A DNA stretch of 64,000 bases from a virus. The stretch lies in the IMG/VR virus record IMGVR_UViG_3300032087_004763, positions 64,001-128,000 of that record; one strand, 5' to 3'. Positions 30,158-39,706 of this stretch are shown in pieces; positions within the stretch are counted from its first letter, which is position 1, and every line of letters starts with the position of its first letter. Below the pieces are notes generated by a model. That model saw only the letters and a program-made list of their open reading frames with translations. It was not told the DNA's origin and did no database searches. Position numbers and translations under genes: made by a program.

Positions 30158-31209
30158 CTTACTGCTATAATACCTTCGTCATTTTTCATAGAGCATATTC
30201 TTTTACACTTACTCATTGCTGTAGATTTATCTTCTAATGATTCAAAGAGTAAATAAGAAAACCATTCGCTATTTACTATTTCCTTTAATGATTTGTCTTT
30301 TAGCATAAAGTTTCCATTAAGAAAAGACTTCCATATTCCTGTTGGTTCTACTTCACTGTGTGACCCAAGGTAACAGCATGGATAGACTTGCGTGGTATTT
30401 AATATTTGTAAAGAACCTGCTTCAGCTTTTACACAAGTAATATAATCATAGTCTTCAGCTAAATGTACAGTCCTGTGATCCCTAGTTCTTCTTCTTAGTG
30501 CTTTGGGGTCTCTTCTAAATCTAGGATTAGTAGACTGTTCTAAACTCTCGAGCTCGCCATTTTCATTCTTAAATTCCCATATTGGCCCCTGTTTAAACCT
30601 ATTCGATTCTATAGGAAGTACATCAAAGCATCCATAGTCATTAACCATTTTTACAATGTCGTCAAAATATTTTTCATTGTGTTTGAATATGATCGTTAAA
30701 ACTGTAACTCTAGCTCCACTTAATGCAAAGGACTGTAAATTGTTTAAAACTTTTTTTAAATCAGTTCCTCTTCTATATTTTTCATGCATTTCTTGATTAA
30801 TACCATCAACGTCAAAAGTCACTTTTAATCTATCTGAATCAATACTCCCTAGTTTATACCACCAGTCTTCATCACGCATACTACCATTACTATTCATTGA
30901 AACTGTAGTCAACGAAGAACTTTGAAAGATATATTCAACTATTTCGAGTATATCTTTGCACATCCCTGGATCACCATACGTACCAGAGAAGTGAATATTT
31001 TTGATATGATTTAGATCCTCGACACTAAAATATGATTTAAAATCGTCAATACTCCATGAGTTGATTTCAAACGGTCTCTTAGTAGATTTCCCTAATGTTC
31101 CCCACCTATCAGTCCTGAGACATTGAGGGCATTTAGCATTACAATATGTAGTTGCCTCAACAATGAGAGATAAAGATTTATTTTCGTATGCTTCTGCCCA
31201 AGTCTTCAT
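30154..31209 (-). CDS. Radical SAM protein with C-terminal SPASM/twitch-like cysteines
   Basis: CNAKCPQC (CxxxCxxC), GTYGDP, FDVDG, YPCC...CKRIC. Confidence 0.9.
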   Translation of the reverse strand: MKTWAEAYENKSLSLIVEATTYCNAKCPQCLRTDRWGTLGKSTKRPFEINSWSIDDFKSYFSVEDLNHIKNIHFSGTYGDPGMCKDILEIVEYIFQSSSLTTVSMNSNGSMRDEDWWYKLGSIDSDRLKVTFDVDGINQEMHEKYRRGTDLKKVLNNLQSFALSGARVTVLTIIFKHNEKYFDDIVKMVNDYGCFDVLPIESNRFKQGPIWEFKNENGELESLEQSTNPRFRRDPKALRRRTRDHRTVHLAEDYDYITCVKAEAGSLQILNTTQVYPCCYLGSHSEVEPTGIWKSFLNGNFMLKDKSLKEIVNSEWFSYLLFESLEDKSTAMSKCKRICSMKNDEGIIAVS

Positions 31210-31766
31210 TTACCTACTACCATGAATCGATTAAATTTTTCTAATTTCAATTCACCAGCATAGTGTATATCAATAAAGTCCAGTTCGTCTAAAAAATCAT
31301 CTAAACTATTTTTACAATTAATGTGTTCATCAATCTCAAAGTAGTTATTTGATTGTAATGTAATCCAGCTTCTATGTTCATTTATTTCCAATATTTTATT
31401 TATGTAATCCTGTTCTACATGCTCACAGCTGGTACATATAACAGAATTAAATAAACCATTTTTCTTCCTAAAGTAGTCTAACATATCATCAGTAGCAAAC
31501 TCAACATCAGGATATAGAATCTTTCCATATTTTTTACAGCCTGGATCTATATCAACAGATCTGGCGTTTCCTAATTTATTCGCTAGATTACCATACCAAC
31601 CACCGAGTATCAAATGATGATCGGCTTCATTTGGAATATGTTCTACCAACCACTCCTTACTTTTCTCTTGGTTTTCATTAACGCTGTTTATGACATCTAA
31701 GATTCTAAATGGATCATCATAATATGCTTTTTTAATTGCCTTGAAAATATTGTCCAAAATCTTCAC
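31206..31766 (-). CDS. Class I SAM-dependent methyltransferase-like protein
   Basis: ILGGWYG, SVDIDP, VICTSCEH, LQSNNY motifs. Confidence 0.7.
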   Translation of the reverse strand: MKILDNIFKAIKKAYYDDPFRILDVINSVNENQEKSKEWLVEHIPNEADHHLILGGWYGNLANKLGNARSVDIDPGCKKYGKILYPDVEFATDDMLDYFRKKNGLFNSVICTSCEHVEQDYINKILEINEHRSWITLQSNNYFEIDEHINCKNSLDDFLDELDFIDIHYAGELKLEKFNRFMVVGK

Positions 31767-32268
31767 CGTTATACGTTACAAGAGGGGTTGGTTCTTTCCA
31801 AGGATTTGCATGAGACGACATAATACCATCTTCGAACAAATCATAGTCGATCTTTTCCCAAAATAAAAACCTATCTACACCTTTATACTTTCGCATAAAG
31901 AAGTCTTTATTCTTGAGAAAGTAATCCCATATATGTGATTGATCTCCTTCCCAATACATCATCGATGAGTTAATAATAGTATTGCCACTCCTCCAATAAT
32001 ATTTTGGATTGTCTCTTTTCCAGTATGCTGACCAGATAAGAAAAGGTTTTTTCTCAAAATGAGGAATAGGTCCATGAACAATAGTATCTATGTCAATATA
32101 GAGACATGGGCCAGGAATCGTAAATAACGCCATTTTATTCCAGACGCCATTTAGTTTAAGAAGCTCACCTCTATAAGTGATATGTTCATCAGCAGGAATT
32201 GCGTTATGAATAGCATCGTTCATATCGTCGGTAAATTTATCACCAACGTTACATGTTATGAGTTTCAT
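31732..32268 (-). CDS. Putative glycosyltransferase (WNK...DxD family)
   Basis: GVWNKM, LYIDIDTIV, NSSMMYW, GVDRFL. Confidence 0.65.
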   Translation of the reverse strand: MKLITCNVGDKFTDDMNDAIHNAIPADEHITYRGELLKLNGVWNKMALFTIPGPCLYIDIDTIVHGPIPHFEKKPFLIWSAYWKRDNPKYYWRSGNTIINSSMMYWEGDQSHIWDYFLKNKDFFMRKYKGVDRFLFWEKIDYDLFEDGIMSSHANPWKEPTPLVTYNGEDFGQYFQGN

Positions 32269-32726
32269 TCTATGAATTTAATAAGCTCTGAAATTACTTC
32301 TTTGTATGTTTTAGCTTGTCTTAGTTTAGTCTTTGATCTACTAGAGTCTGCAACTATGGACGATTCAAATATAACCAATTTAAATTCGAATAGCTCTTTT
32401 TTATCAATCTGATCTGCATCGCGAGTAAGTGCATTTAATAATTCTGTAGCCAAAGTCGAATTGTTTTCGGTATAGATTAGTCCGTCTTCTTTTGCAATCT
32501 GAATAACTGCTTGTTTAAATGCCTTCCTTTGGATTTTACGCTCTTCTACAGTATTATTATAGATGTCGTCTAGGGATGTGTGATTAAGTAGTTCTTGATA
32601 TCTATGATGACTAGTATCATTTAGTATGTTTTCTTCTATCTCTTTATCACCATCTAACCAAGTTATTTGAATAGTGTCTTCATTTGCATTAGTAAAATAT
32701 GCGTTCTTATATACCCAATGTTTCAT
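32265..32726 (-). CDS. Hypothetical protein
   Basis: 153-aa ORF coupled to neighbours. Confidence 0.7.
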   Translation of the reverse strand: MKHWVYKNAYFTNANEDTIQITWLDGDKEIEENILNDTSHHRYQELLNHTSLDDIYNNTVEERKIQRKAFKQAVIQIAKEDGLIYTENNSTLATELLNALTRDADQIDKKELFEFKLVIFESSIVADSSRSKTKLRQAKTYKEVISELIKFIE

Positions 32727-32727
32727 A

Positions 32728-33657
32728 TTATGATCTGTGAATCCTCAAAAAATATGTTGCTATCGTTTGGGGTGAACCTGCAGGCACATCTTGTGCTCTA
32801 TAGTCATTAGCACTAACTTCTAATTGTCTTGTTGTTTGACTGTCTAATCTTGTATCTACCATACCAGATCCACGCGTCTCGCCACTACCAGAAGCTCCAA
32901 TATTATATGATAGCTGATAGCCACTCGTGTTTGTTACGACATATCTTATATATGCTTGTAGTAATGAATCAAAGTCTGATTTAGAAAACGTCTGAAAATT
33001 ATCACTTACTGTTAGATTTGCAATTGGCCTATTATATGACGCCTCAGCTCCGTCGATCTGCATAAGATAGTAACTTTGAATCGTAGTTGGCTGATCAGCG
33101 GTCTCATTTACAGTATTATACGCTGCAGCATTTGCCCTTGTGTCTTCGTAAACAGGATTTGATGAGACTAACGTATGACCAGCGAGAGATGTATCAGTAT
33201 GTATTCGATACGTGCCACCCTGAGCAGTTCCTGTAGAAGCCGAAGCTAAATTAATTGCAGCAGGTAAGATGAAAGTATCTAGAAAATCTTGATCAGTCAT
33301 TACTCTTAGCGCACTACCAGTCCAATACATCGGTCTTGTAAATCCACTTGGAAGGGTTGCCGCTGATGTTGATGCAACAGTTTGAGCAGTACGATTTATA
33401 TCAATTGTTTTAGTAGATACATTAGGTGGATTAGGATACGGATTTCCGGTTGCGTTAGACGATGTACTACCAGCAATCAGTCGAGTATCACTAATTTGAC
33501 CGATGTTTGGAGATACATTTGATGAGCTTACTGATAATGTAACAGAAGGATTCAACGAATACTGATATGAGACTTGTGCGACAACTTCATCCACTTGTGC
33601 GGATGACATTTCTCGCAGGTTTCCAGCGCTAAAGTATAATGGACTTCTAACAGCCAT
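32728..33657 (-). CDS. Putative virion structural protein
   Basis: Ser/Thr-rich, internal PxY..gxLRxM repeats, lies in the baseplate/fibre operon. Confidence 0.6.
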   Translation of the reverse strand: MAVRSPLYFSAGNLREMSSAQVDEVVAQVSYQYSLNPSVTLSVSSSNVSPNIGQISDTRLIAGSTSSNATGNPYPNPPNVSTKTIDINRTAQTVASTSAATLPSGFTRPMYWTGSALRVMTDQDFLDTFILPAAINLASASTGTAQGGTYRIHTDTSLAGHTLVSSNPVYEDTRANAAAYNTVNETADQPTTIQSYYLMQIDGAEASYNRPIANLTVSDNFQTFSKSDFDSLLQAYIRYVVTNTSGYQLSYNIGASGSGETRGSGMVDTRLDSQTTRQLEVSANDYRAQDVPAGSPQTIATYFLRIHRS

Positions 33658-33659
33658 GG

Positions 33660-34193
33660 TTATGACCCTGGACTAAATAGTGTCTTTACTACTGATCCTG
33701 TAGAATCTAATATCTGAAGAGATACTACTGAGTTAAATTTAGCCGACGTAAGAGTTGAATTAGCAATCTTGCCATTTGTTACATTTAGGTTTGCAATTTT
33801 AGCAGTAGTAACATTAGTGTCTGCAATCAGCGCGGTTGTTACACCTAGACTAGAAATATTAAACTTTCCAGCACTATCATAGTCTAAACCAACGCCAGCT
33901 TTAAAGTGATAATCTTGACTCAGACCAAACGTTCCAGAAGCAGAGTCAAATGTTATAGACACGCCGTGCGCAGAGTCAGCAGCATTAGCGCTGATTCCAC
34001 TTTTGAAGATCGCTTTAATTTCATCCGAGTCATCGAATGGTACGACAATGTTCCTTACCGTATTAATCGCATCAACAACATTACTGTCGCCAGTTATAAG
34101 TAAGGCGGTATCACCAACATCGTCTGAGATAGCATTTGTCTTAGTAACAAGTGTTGATACTGGATCCGATAAATTAATTACTGTCTTAGCCAT
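33660..34193 (-). CDS. Short fibre-like structural protein
   Basis: N-terminal KTNxISxDVGD, VTTAKIA repeats; six DS motifs in 177 aa. Confidence 0.65.
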   Translation of the reverse strand: MAKTVINLSDPVSTLVTKTNAISDDVGDTALLITGDSNVVDAINTVRNIVVPFDDSDEIKAIFKSGISANAADSAHGVSITFDSASGTFGLSQDYHFKAGVGLDYDSAGKFNISSLGVTTALIADTNVTTAKIANLNVTNGKIANSTLTSAKFNSVVSLQILDSTGSVVKTLFSPGS

Positions 34194-34416
34194 TTGTAGC
34201 CTCTAATATTTTATTTAAGAGATGTTTAATCTCTTTGACGTCATCCTTTAGTTCTGTAACTTCGGTTTCAAGCCGTGCAGTTTTTTCTCTTTCCTCGAGC
34301 CAAGCCTTTTTTCTTTTTCTTGCTTGACTCATTTCCTTACTATTTATGTTTAAAATAGCACCAGATGCTTTGTCTCTTACAAATCCAGGATGACCTTTTA
34401 CATTCACATAAGCCAT
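34186..34416 (-). CDS. Small conserved T4-like protein with coiled coil
   Basis: VKGHPGFVRDKASGAILN...ELKDDVKEIKHLL, commonly found after VrlC-like genes. Confidence 0.75.
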   Translation of the reverse strand: MAYVNVKGHPGFVRDKASGAILNINSKEMSQARKRKKAWLEEREKTARLETEVTELKDDVKEIKHLLNKILEATNG

Positions 34417-34417
34417 A

Positions 34418-36001
34418 TTATGTTACCATCGCGATGGCTCTGAGGTCTCTGATTCTGGCGACCTTTGAACTGTTGGTTGTCTTGAATACAATCTTTAGCT
34501 GGAATGATGAGAATGGAGTCAAATCACCACCAATGCCACCGACCAAATAAGTATATTCTCTGAATATATTCGGATCTTCATCTGCAGCGATAGAGGTTTC
34601 TTTAGCAACTAATGTGTATGGTTGATCAGTAATAACTTCATCAGAATTTGCAGTCCTAAAGTACATATCAAAGTCAGCCTCATTTGGCCTGTTAGCAGCC
34701 AATAGAATCTTAAGACCTACTGCAGTTTCAGCAAGGTTGATAGTCTTTGTAATATGCTTCGAAGCAGCTGTTCCGTTTCGTGCATCAGTCTCTTGTACAA
34801 AGGTTAGTGCTGTTCCAGCAGAATCTTGATTGTCGATAATGTTTTCAAGAGAAGCAATTGAAGATCTTTGTAAATCAATAATTGGTGAAACGTCCGAATC
34901 TTCGGTCGACATTTGAACTCTGAACTGAACTGATTTAGTACCAGAGTTATGCGTAGTTTCATTTCTAGCCGTAGCAATTAGTTCTGGTATTTCTGACTTT
35001 AAATACTCGTTTGTGATAACGGTTGCAAATGTCGCATCAGTTGCATAGGCCGCATTTGTAGCAGAGTTTCTATTTGTACCAAATGATGCACCAGATGTTA
35101 GCTTAACAGCAGTAGTGAGTGAAGTATCTTCAGGCACTAAGTTAGCAACACTAAAATTATACTCATTCATCATCACTTGACGATCTACGATTACTCCGGT
35201 ACCTCCAGTTCTCAATGACGAAGATGCATTACTATCAGCTGCGAAAGTATAACCAGTATGATCAACGCCTGTAATTGTACGCTCACCAATTATACTAGTT
35301 CCTTTCATACCATTATACGTTGTATTTGAATCAAGTCCACTAATAAAGACTTTATCATTTCTTACAAATCCATGGTCTGGGTGTAGCATAGTAACAGTAG
35401 TCCCACCAGAATCAGTGAGGATAGGATTGCTTCCTAGCAACACTCTTCCTGGATCTGCATTTTCTAAGAATGCAGTATAGGTAGTATTTTTCGTAAACCT
35501 TGCCTTATTCAATTTCATCATTAAGTCGAGAGTAGTATCAGGATTCCATATTGCGGCACTCGTAGTTGTAAAAAGATCGTCTAATCCGGCTGCCTTATTT
35601 ACTCTTCTTCCAGTGGTACCTATGACAAAGTCATAAGACCTAGCCCCGTATAAACGATAGTCAGAGCTACGCGAGTGCGTAGCAATCGCATATTGATATC
35701 CTGGACTGAGAAAAATTGGTTCGTCAAATGTAAATTTAGTAGGAGCAGATTGAATGCCACTTAAAGAAGCCGAGTCGCCAACAGCAGGTGTACTAACACT
35801 ATCCGCGGATAAAAATACTTCACTTCCTGGCATACTAATCGGTTGAGGAACTCTATTTTCAACTGAATGTAATGTAACGAAGACTGGTGCCGCTGTGGTA
35901 CCGGTTGGTTTTTTAGCAAAAAACAATTCCACTGAAGTAAGAAATAATCCTTTTTTATATCTTACTGGATCAATTGTAAAAGTTTGTGCAATCGGTTTCA
36001 T
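34418..36001 (-). CDS. VrlC/DUF4815-like structural protein, C-terminal part
   Basis: PIAQTF, LTSVELFF, TKFTFDEPIFL, VSPIID, FSSFQLKIV...DLRAIA; own GAGG SD. Confidence 0.8.
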   Translation of the reverse strand: MKPIAQTFTIDPVRYKKGLFLTSVELFFAKKPTGTTAAPVFVTLHSVENRVPQPISMPGSEVFLSADSVSTPAVGDSASLSGIQSAPTKFTFDEPIFLSPGYQYAIATHSRSSDYRLYGARSYDFVIGTTGRRVNKAAGLDDLFTTTSAAIWNPDTTLDLMMKLNKARFTKNTTYTAFLENADPGRVLLGSNPILTDSGGTTVTMLHPDHGFVRNDKVFISGLDSNTTYNGMKGTSIIGERTITGVDHTGYTFAADSNASSSLRTGGTGVIVDRQVMMNEYNFSVANLVPEDTSLTTAVKLTSGASFGTNRNSATNAAYATDATFATVITNEYLKSEIPELIATARNETTHNSGTKSVQFRVQMSTEDSDVSPIIDLQRSSIASLENIIDNQDSAGTALTFVQETDARNGTAASKHITKTINLAETAVGLKILLAANRPNEADFDMYFRTANSDEVITDQPYTLVAKETSIAADEDPNIFREYTYLVGGIGGDLTPFSSFQLKIVFKTTNSSKVARIRDLRAIAMVT

Positions 36002-36016
36002 TTATATTCCTCGTTA

Positions 36017-39000
36017 TTAGAATGGGCTAGATCCAGCTGAACCACCTGCAGCGTCAGCGTCAGCTTGAGTATCCCTATCATCATTATCTGCTCTTCCACC
36101 ACTTGAGTAAGAATAGAATCCGTTATTATAATTATGATATCCGCCAGTGCGTTTCCCGCGGGATCCTCCACCACCGCCGTCATCGTCTCGTTGTACGACA
36201 CCCCTTGCAAGAGTCACGTGACGTGTAGATTCAAAGGTTCTTTCAGATACGTTTATAATGCCTTGTGCCGAGAATGTAAAGAATGCAGACGAAGTAGATC
36301 CATCATCATTATTTTCTGATATATCAAGTAACTTAAATAACACATCTCCAGCTCTAAATCGTAAAGCTGCAGTTGATGGAATTACAAACGAACCTATGAT
36401 TTCACCTTCGCCATTAGATATAAGCGTGGTAGAACCATCAGGATGACCAGTAGACTTTGTTAACGTGCTTCCAAGATCAACTGATGTAGTTGAATAATCT
36501 ACGAAAGAAGTCTCCGATCTTACCCAGTCTGCAACTGATTCTTCACCGAAGTATGCAAAGTGTTGAGTATTGGGACTTAAACCTCGTGCTCTAAAGTAAA
36601 CCTTAATAGACCTCATATAAGGTATGAATTTTTTCTCAAGAATTACTTCATTAATCTTATCTCTAACAACCTTTGACCCAGTGATTACTTTACCTGTGGA
36701 CCCATACCAGCTATATTTAGAATCATTTCTACTTCTAACAGTTACTGATCCTTTGCTAGTAACAACATCTTCTAATTCAATCACAATATCAGGAACATAC
36801 TCTGTCTCAAACCAGTTATCAGATGCTGGAGACATCTTCATACGACCTGAATTAGTTAATACTCCAAAAGGATTTACGCCGATCTCTTGGCTCACTAAGT
36901 CTTGATCAACGAAAGCTTCTTCAGTATATGGACAAATGATATAATCACCAACCCGAGTCGCGGTATTGCCAGCGTTGTCAGCGTCATATATTAGTCGAAC
37001 AGATGCTTCACTGAATCTAGGAGTAAGTTCTTTTTCTCCCTGATCAATTGATGCCCTATACCCTGGATTAAAGGTATCAGAGAAATTATAATTTGCAAAG
37101 TTGTCAGCTAAGAAGCCAGCTTTTGTTCTAGCATTACCGGCTGAATCTAAAACTTCAATAGATGATGTCTCGTTTTCTAATAAACTTAGAGTAGTTAATT
37201 CTACTACATCATCAATACGCTTTTCAAGCTTACCGATATCCTGCATTGTGTAATTTTTAGTATCGTTCTTTTGAAGCGATACATCATCTTTGTCTAGCGT
37301 ATATGGCTTGAGACTCATATCATAAAGAGTTAATGTTCCAGGTGGTTGAATAGGCGGCCTTGGATCCAACGCACTTACACCAGTTATCTGTCTATATTGA
37401 CCAAATTTAAGTGTTGATCGGTCAACATTAGCTATGCCAATGACTAGTTTATCTTTTCTTGGAAGATAATATTCAACGTCAGCTCGAATAACGTCTGTTG
37501 TTTGTGGCAATAGATTGACAATACCACCTGTTCCGCTATACTGACCGTTAGTACCTTCTACAGGTCTGAAATCAAGAACGTCTCTGAGATTAATAATCTC
37601 ACCGTTAACCTTTGTAAAGTCTGGGATATCATCATAGTTAATTGCACCTTGATATGAATTAACTGTAAATAAATCTCCAGCACCGTGAGAGAATCTTCTA
37701 AATGTTGTAGCAATACTTCCTGCAGGAATAGTAACACCAGGGTTTGCTACAATTCTTGATCTAGCATAAAAGTTATCACGCTGTCCGTTGTCGAATGTGA
37801 AGTTATCTGATATATCTGCACCGAGTGCACTATCAACTGCAATAGATTGTATTTCATGAACGTCTGCAAATCCAAGGTCAATAAATGCTAGTCCATTACC
37901 ATCAGAATCAGCTTGAGTTGGCCAAGTTTTTGTTACAGTCTGTGCAGCTTCGAGAGTTTTTTGTCTAGATGAAAGATTAGCTCCAGCAATTGCAATGTAA
38001 GCAAGCAATTCGTAATCCCCGTTTCCGGTTGCAATACTAGATATTTCTACCTGGTTACCGGTTGGTGATCCAATTAAATTAAACGTAGCAGTCGTTACTG
38101 CACCATCAGTCTTTGCAAGAATCCAATCACCAGTATTTGTAAATATGTCACCTGTTCCACCAGCATTCTCAGTAACAGTGCTACCACTATATGTGAATGT
38201 AATTCTCTTTTGTACTGTAAGTGATAGATCAGACACGCCATTAACAGTAGGCCGAGTTGATGGGAGAGGGAATAGTAATGAGTTATTTGATGTCTCTTTT
38301 AACTGAGCTATTCCATCTTCGGTTACAATGTTTACAAAGTCTGTTGTGCTTGTTCCAAAACTTCTTGTGTCTCTAAAGCTTTGACCATTAGCCATGTTGA
38401 TATCAAACAAGAAGAACTTGTGTGCTGAGTCAGCTTCTTCGACGGCTCTTACTCTTGCGCCACCAATCACGGACCCAGTATGACCATAATTATTCATTAA
38501 GTTAATTGAATCAAACGTGTCAATATTTGGTAATCCGGCATTATTAGCAGTATTACCAATAACAAAATTACCGTATTGTGCAATAATTGGCTGATTGTTT
38601 TCAGTTCTTGTATCTCTAGCTTTTTGAATACGAAGTTTAGTTCTTGGCAATTCAAGGCGATAACCATCAACATACGCAGTACCGCCACTCAGTTCTAAGT
38701 CTAAGTTCGAGTCATTACCACTTACTTCACTAAACTTAGCAGTGATGTTGTTTATTGTATAATTACCTGACTCTTCTTTTGTCCTAGTTGCCATAACATC
38801 GTAGATTGTATTGTAACCGTTTGATGTTGTGGCTTGTTTTGAAATCTCTCCATCACTAATTGTAGCAAGATATACAAAGTTTTCTGCCGATGTTACTTTA
38901 GATTTTTTAGCTAGTGAAAGAGTTATTTTGTAACGATCCGCACCAGGAGCAGAGATATTTGGCGAAGCTCCTTGATTATCATATAGGGCGCTTTCATCAT

Positions 39001-39694
39001 CAGTCGTAATTACTTGTTCTGATATTTTAAATCCAACTTCAATATTAATACTAAATGGAAAATATTTCCCTAGTACTAACTCTTGTGCTTCAGCTGTTAC
39101 AAAGTGATTTTTAACAAAGAAAGTTCCAGGTGCAATTTGTAAAATAGTTCCAGTATTAGCAGCAGAGCCAGTTGATGGGCTATCGGCTGTTAATGTAATA
39201 CCAAGAGTTGAGTTTGTAAATGAAGCACCGTCTTGTACTACAACAGGCGAAGTGCCTGATGTTCCAGCTGATGTATCAGTATATTCAACAAAAAGTGTGG
39301 GAGGATTATCTCCAGCGCCATCATCTCTTGCAGAAGCCGCAAAGGCTTTTCTCACTATAAATTTAATGGCAGTCGTGTCACCGGTGAATTCTTTACCGAC
39401 AAGATCGGAGAAAGAAAGACCAGCTGCACTTAATGTAGTAGCCGCTGCTGTAGTGAGTTTAATAGAAGGAAATCTAAGTATATGAAGGTTCCCACCTTCG
39501 ACTGCGGCGCCTTCTACAAAAATGTTACTTCCGAACCGACCGATCTCTTCTTGAATAATTGTCTGCATTTGAGTAAGCTCTCTCGCTTGAAGAGCTCTAC
39601 CCGCATTGAATAATATACGATGATAATGATCGCTGTCTTTGAAATCATCTTTGTATGTAGTTCCAAATGTTGTTGTAGTAACATTAGTAGCCAT
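36017..39694 (-). CDS. VrlC/DUF4815-like large structural protein, N-terminal part
   Basis: YKDDF..RILF..GRALQARELTQMQ, APGADRYKI, RTKEESGNY, LRDVLDFRP, YTMQDIGKLEKRI. Confidence 0.85.
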   Translation of the reverse strand: MATNVTTTTFGTTYKDDFKDSDHYHRILFNAGRALQARELTQMQTIIQEEIGRFGSNIFVEGAAVEGGNLHILRFPSIKLTTAAATTLSAAGLSFSDLVGKEFTGDTTAIKFIVRKAFAASARDDGAGDNPPTLFVEYTDTSAGTSGTSPVVVQDGASFTNSTLGITLTADSPSTGSAANTGTILQIAPGTFFVKNHFVTAEAQELVLGKYFPFSINIEVGFKISEQVITTDDESALYDNQGASPNISAPGADRYKITLSLAKKSKVTSAENFVYLATISDGEISKQATTSNGYNTIYDVMATRTKEESGNYTINNITAKFSEVSGNDSNLDLELSGGTAYVDGYRLELPRTKLRIQKARDTRTENNQPIIAQYGNFVIGNTANNAGLPNIDTFDSINLMNNYGHTGSVIGGARVRAVEEADSAHKFFLFDINMANGQSFRDTRSFGTSTTDFVNIVTEDGIAQLKETSNNSLLFPLPSTRPTVNGVSDLSLTVQKRITFTYSGSTVTENAGGTGDIFTNTGDWILAKTDGAVTTATFNLIGSPTGNQVEISSIATGNGDYELLAYIAIAGANLSSRQKTLEAAQTVTKTWPTQADSDGNGLAFIDLGFADVHEIQSIAVDSALGADISDNFTFDNGQRDNFYARSRIVANPGVTIPAGSIATTFRRFSHGAGDLFTVNSYQGAINYDDIPDFTKVNGEIINLRDVLDFRPVEGTNGQYSGTGGIVNLLPQTTDVIRADVEYYLPRKDKLVIGIANVDRSTLKFGQYRQITGVSALDPRPPIQPPGTLTLYDMSLKPYTLDKDDVSLQKNDTKNYTMQDIGKLEKRIDDVVELTTLSLLENETSSIEVLDSAGNARTKAGFLADNFANYNFSDTFNPGYRASIDQGEKELTPRFSEASVRLIYDADNAGNTATRVGDYIICPYTEEAFVDQDLVSQEIGVNPFGVLTNSGRMKMSPASDNWFETEYVPDIVIELEDVVTSKGSVTVRSRNDSKYSWYGSTGKVITGSKVVRDKINEVILEKKFIPYMRSIKVYFRARGLSPNTQHFAYFGEESVADWVRSETSFVDYSTTSVDLGSTLTKSTGHPDGSTTLISNGEGEIIGSFVIPSTAALRFRAGDVLFKLLDISENNDDGSTSSAFFTFSAQGIINVSERTFESTRHVTLARGVVQRDDDGGGGGSRGKRTGGYHNYNNGFYSYSSGGRADNDDRDTQADADAAGGSAGSSPF

Positions 39695-39706
39695 AAATTT
39701 TTAACC

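Noticed and set aside
35998-36210. 70-aa alternative-frame ORF bridging the VrlC split, as a frameshift product
   Set aside because: The two VrlC parts are already in the same frame, the downstream part has its own SD, and no slippery site is evident.
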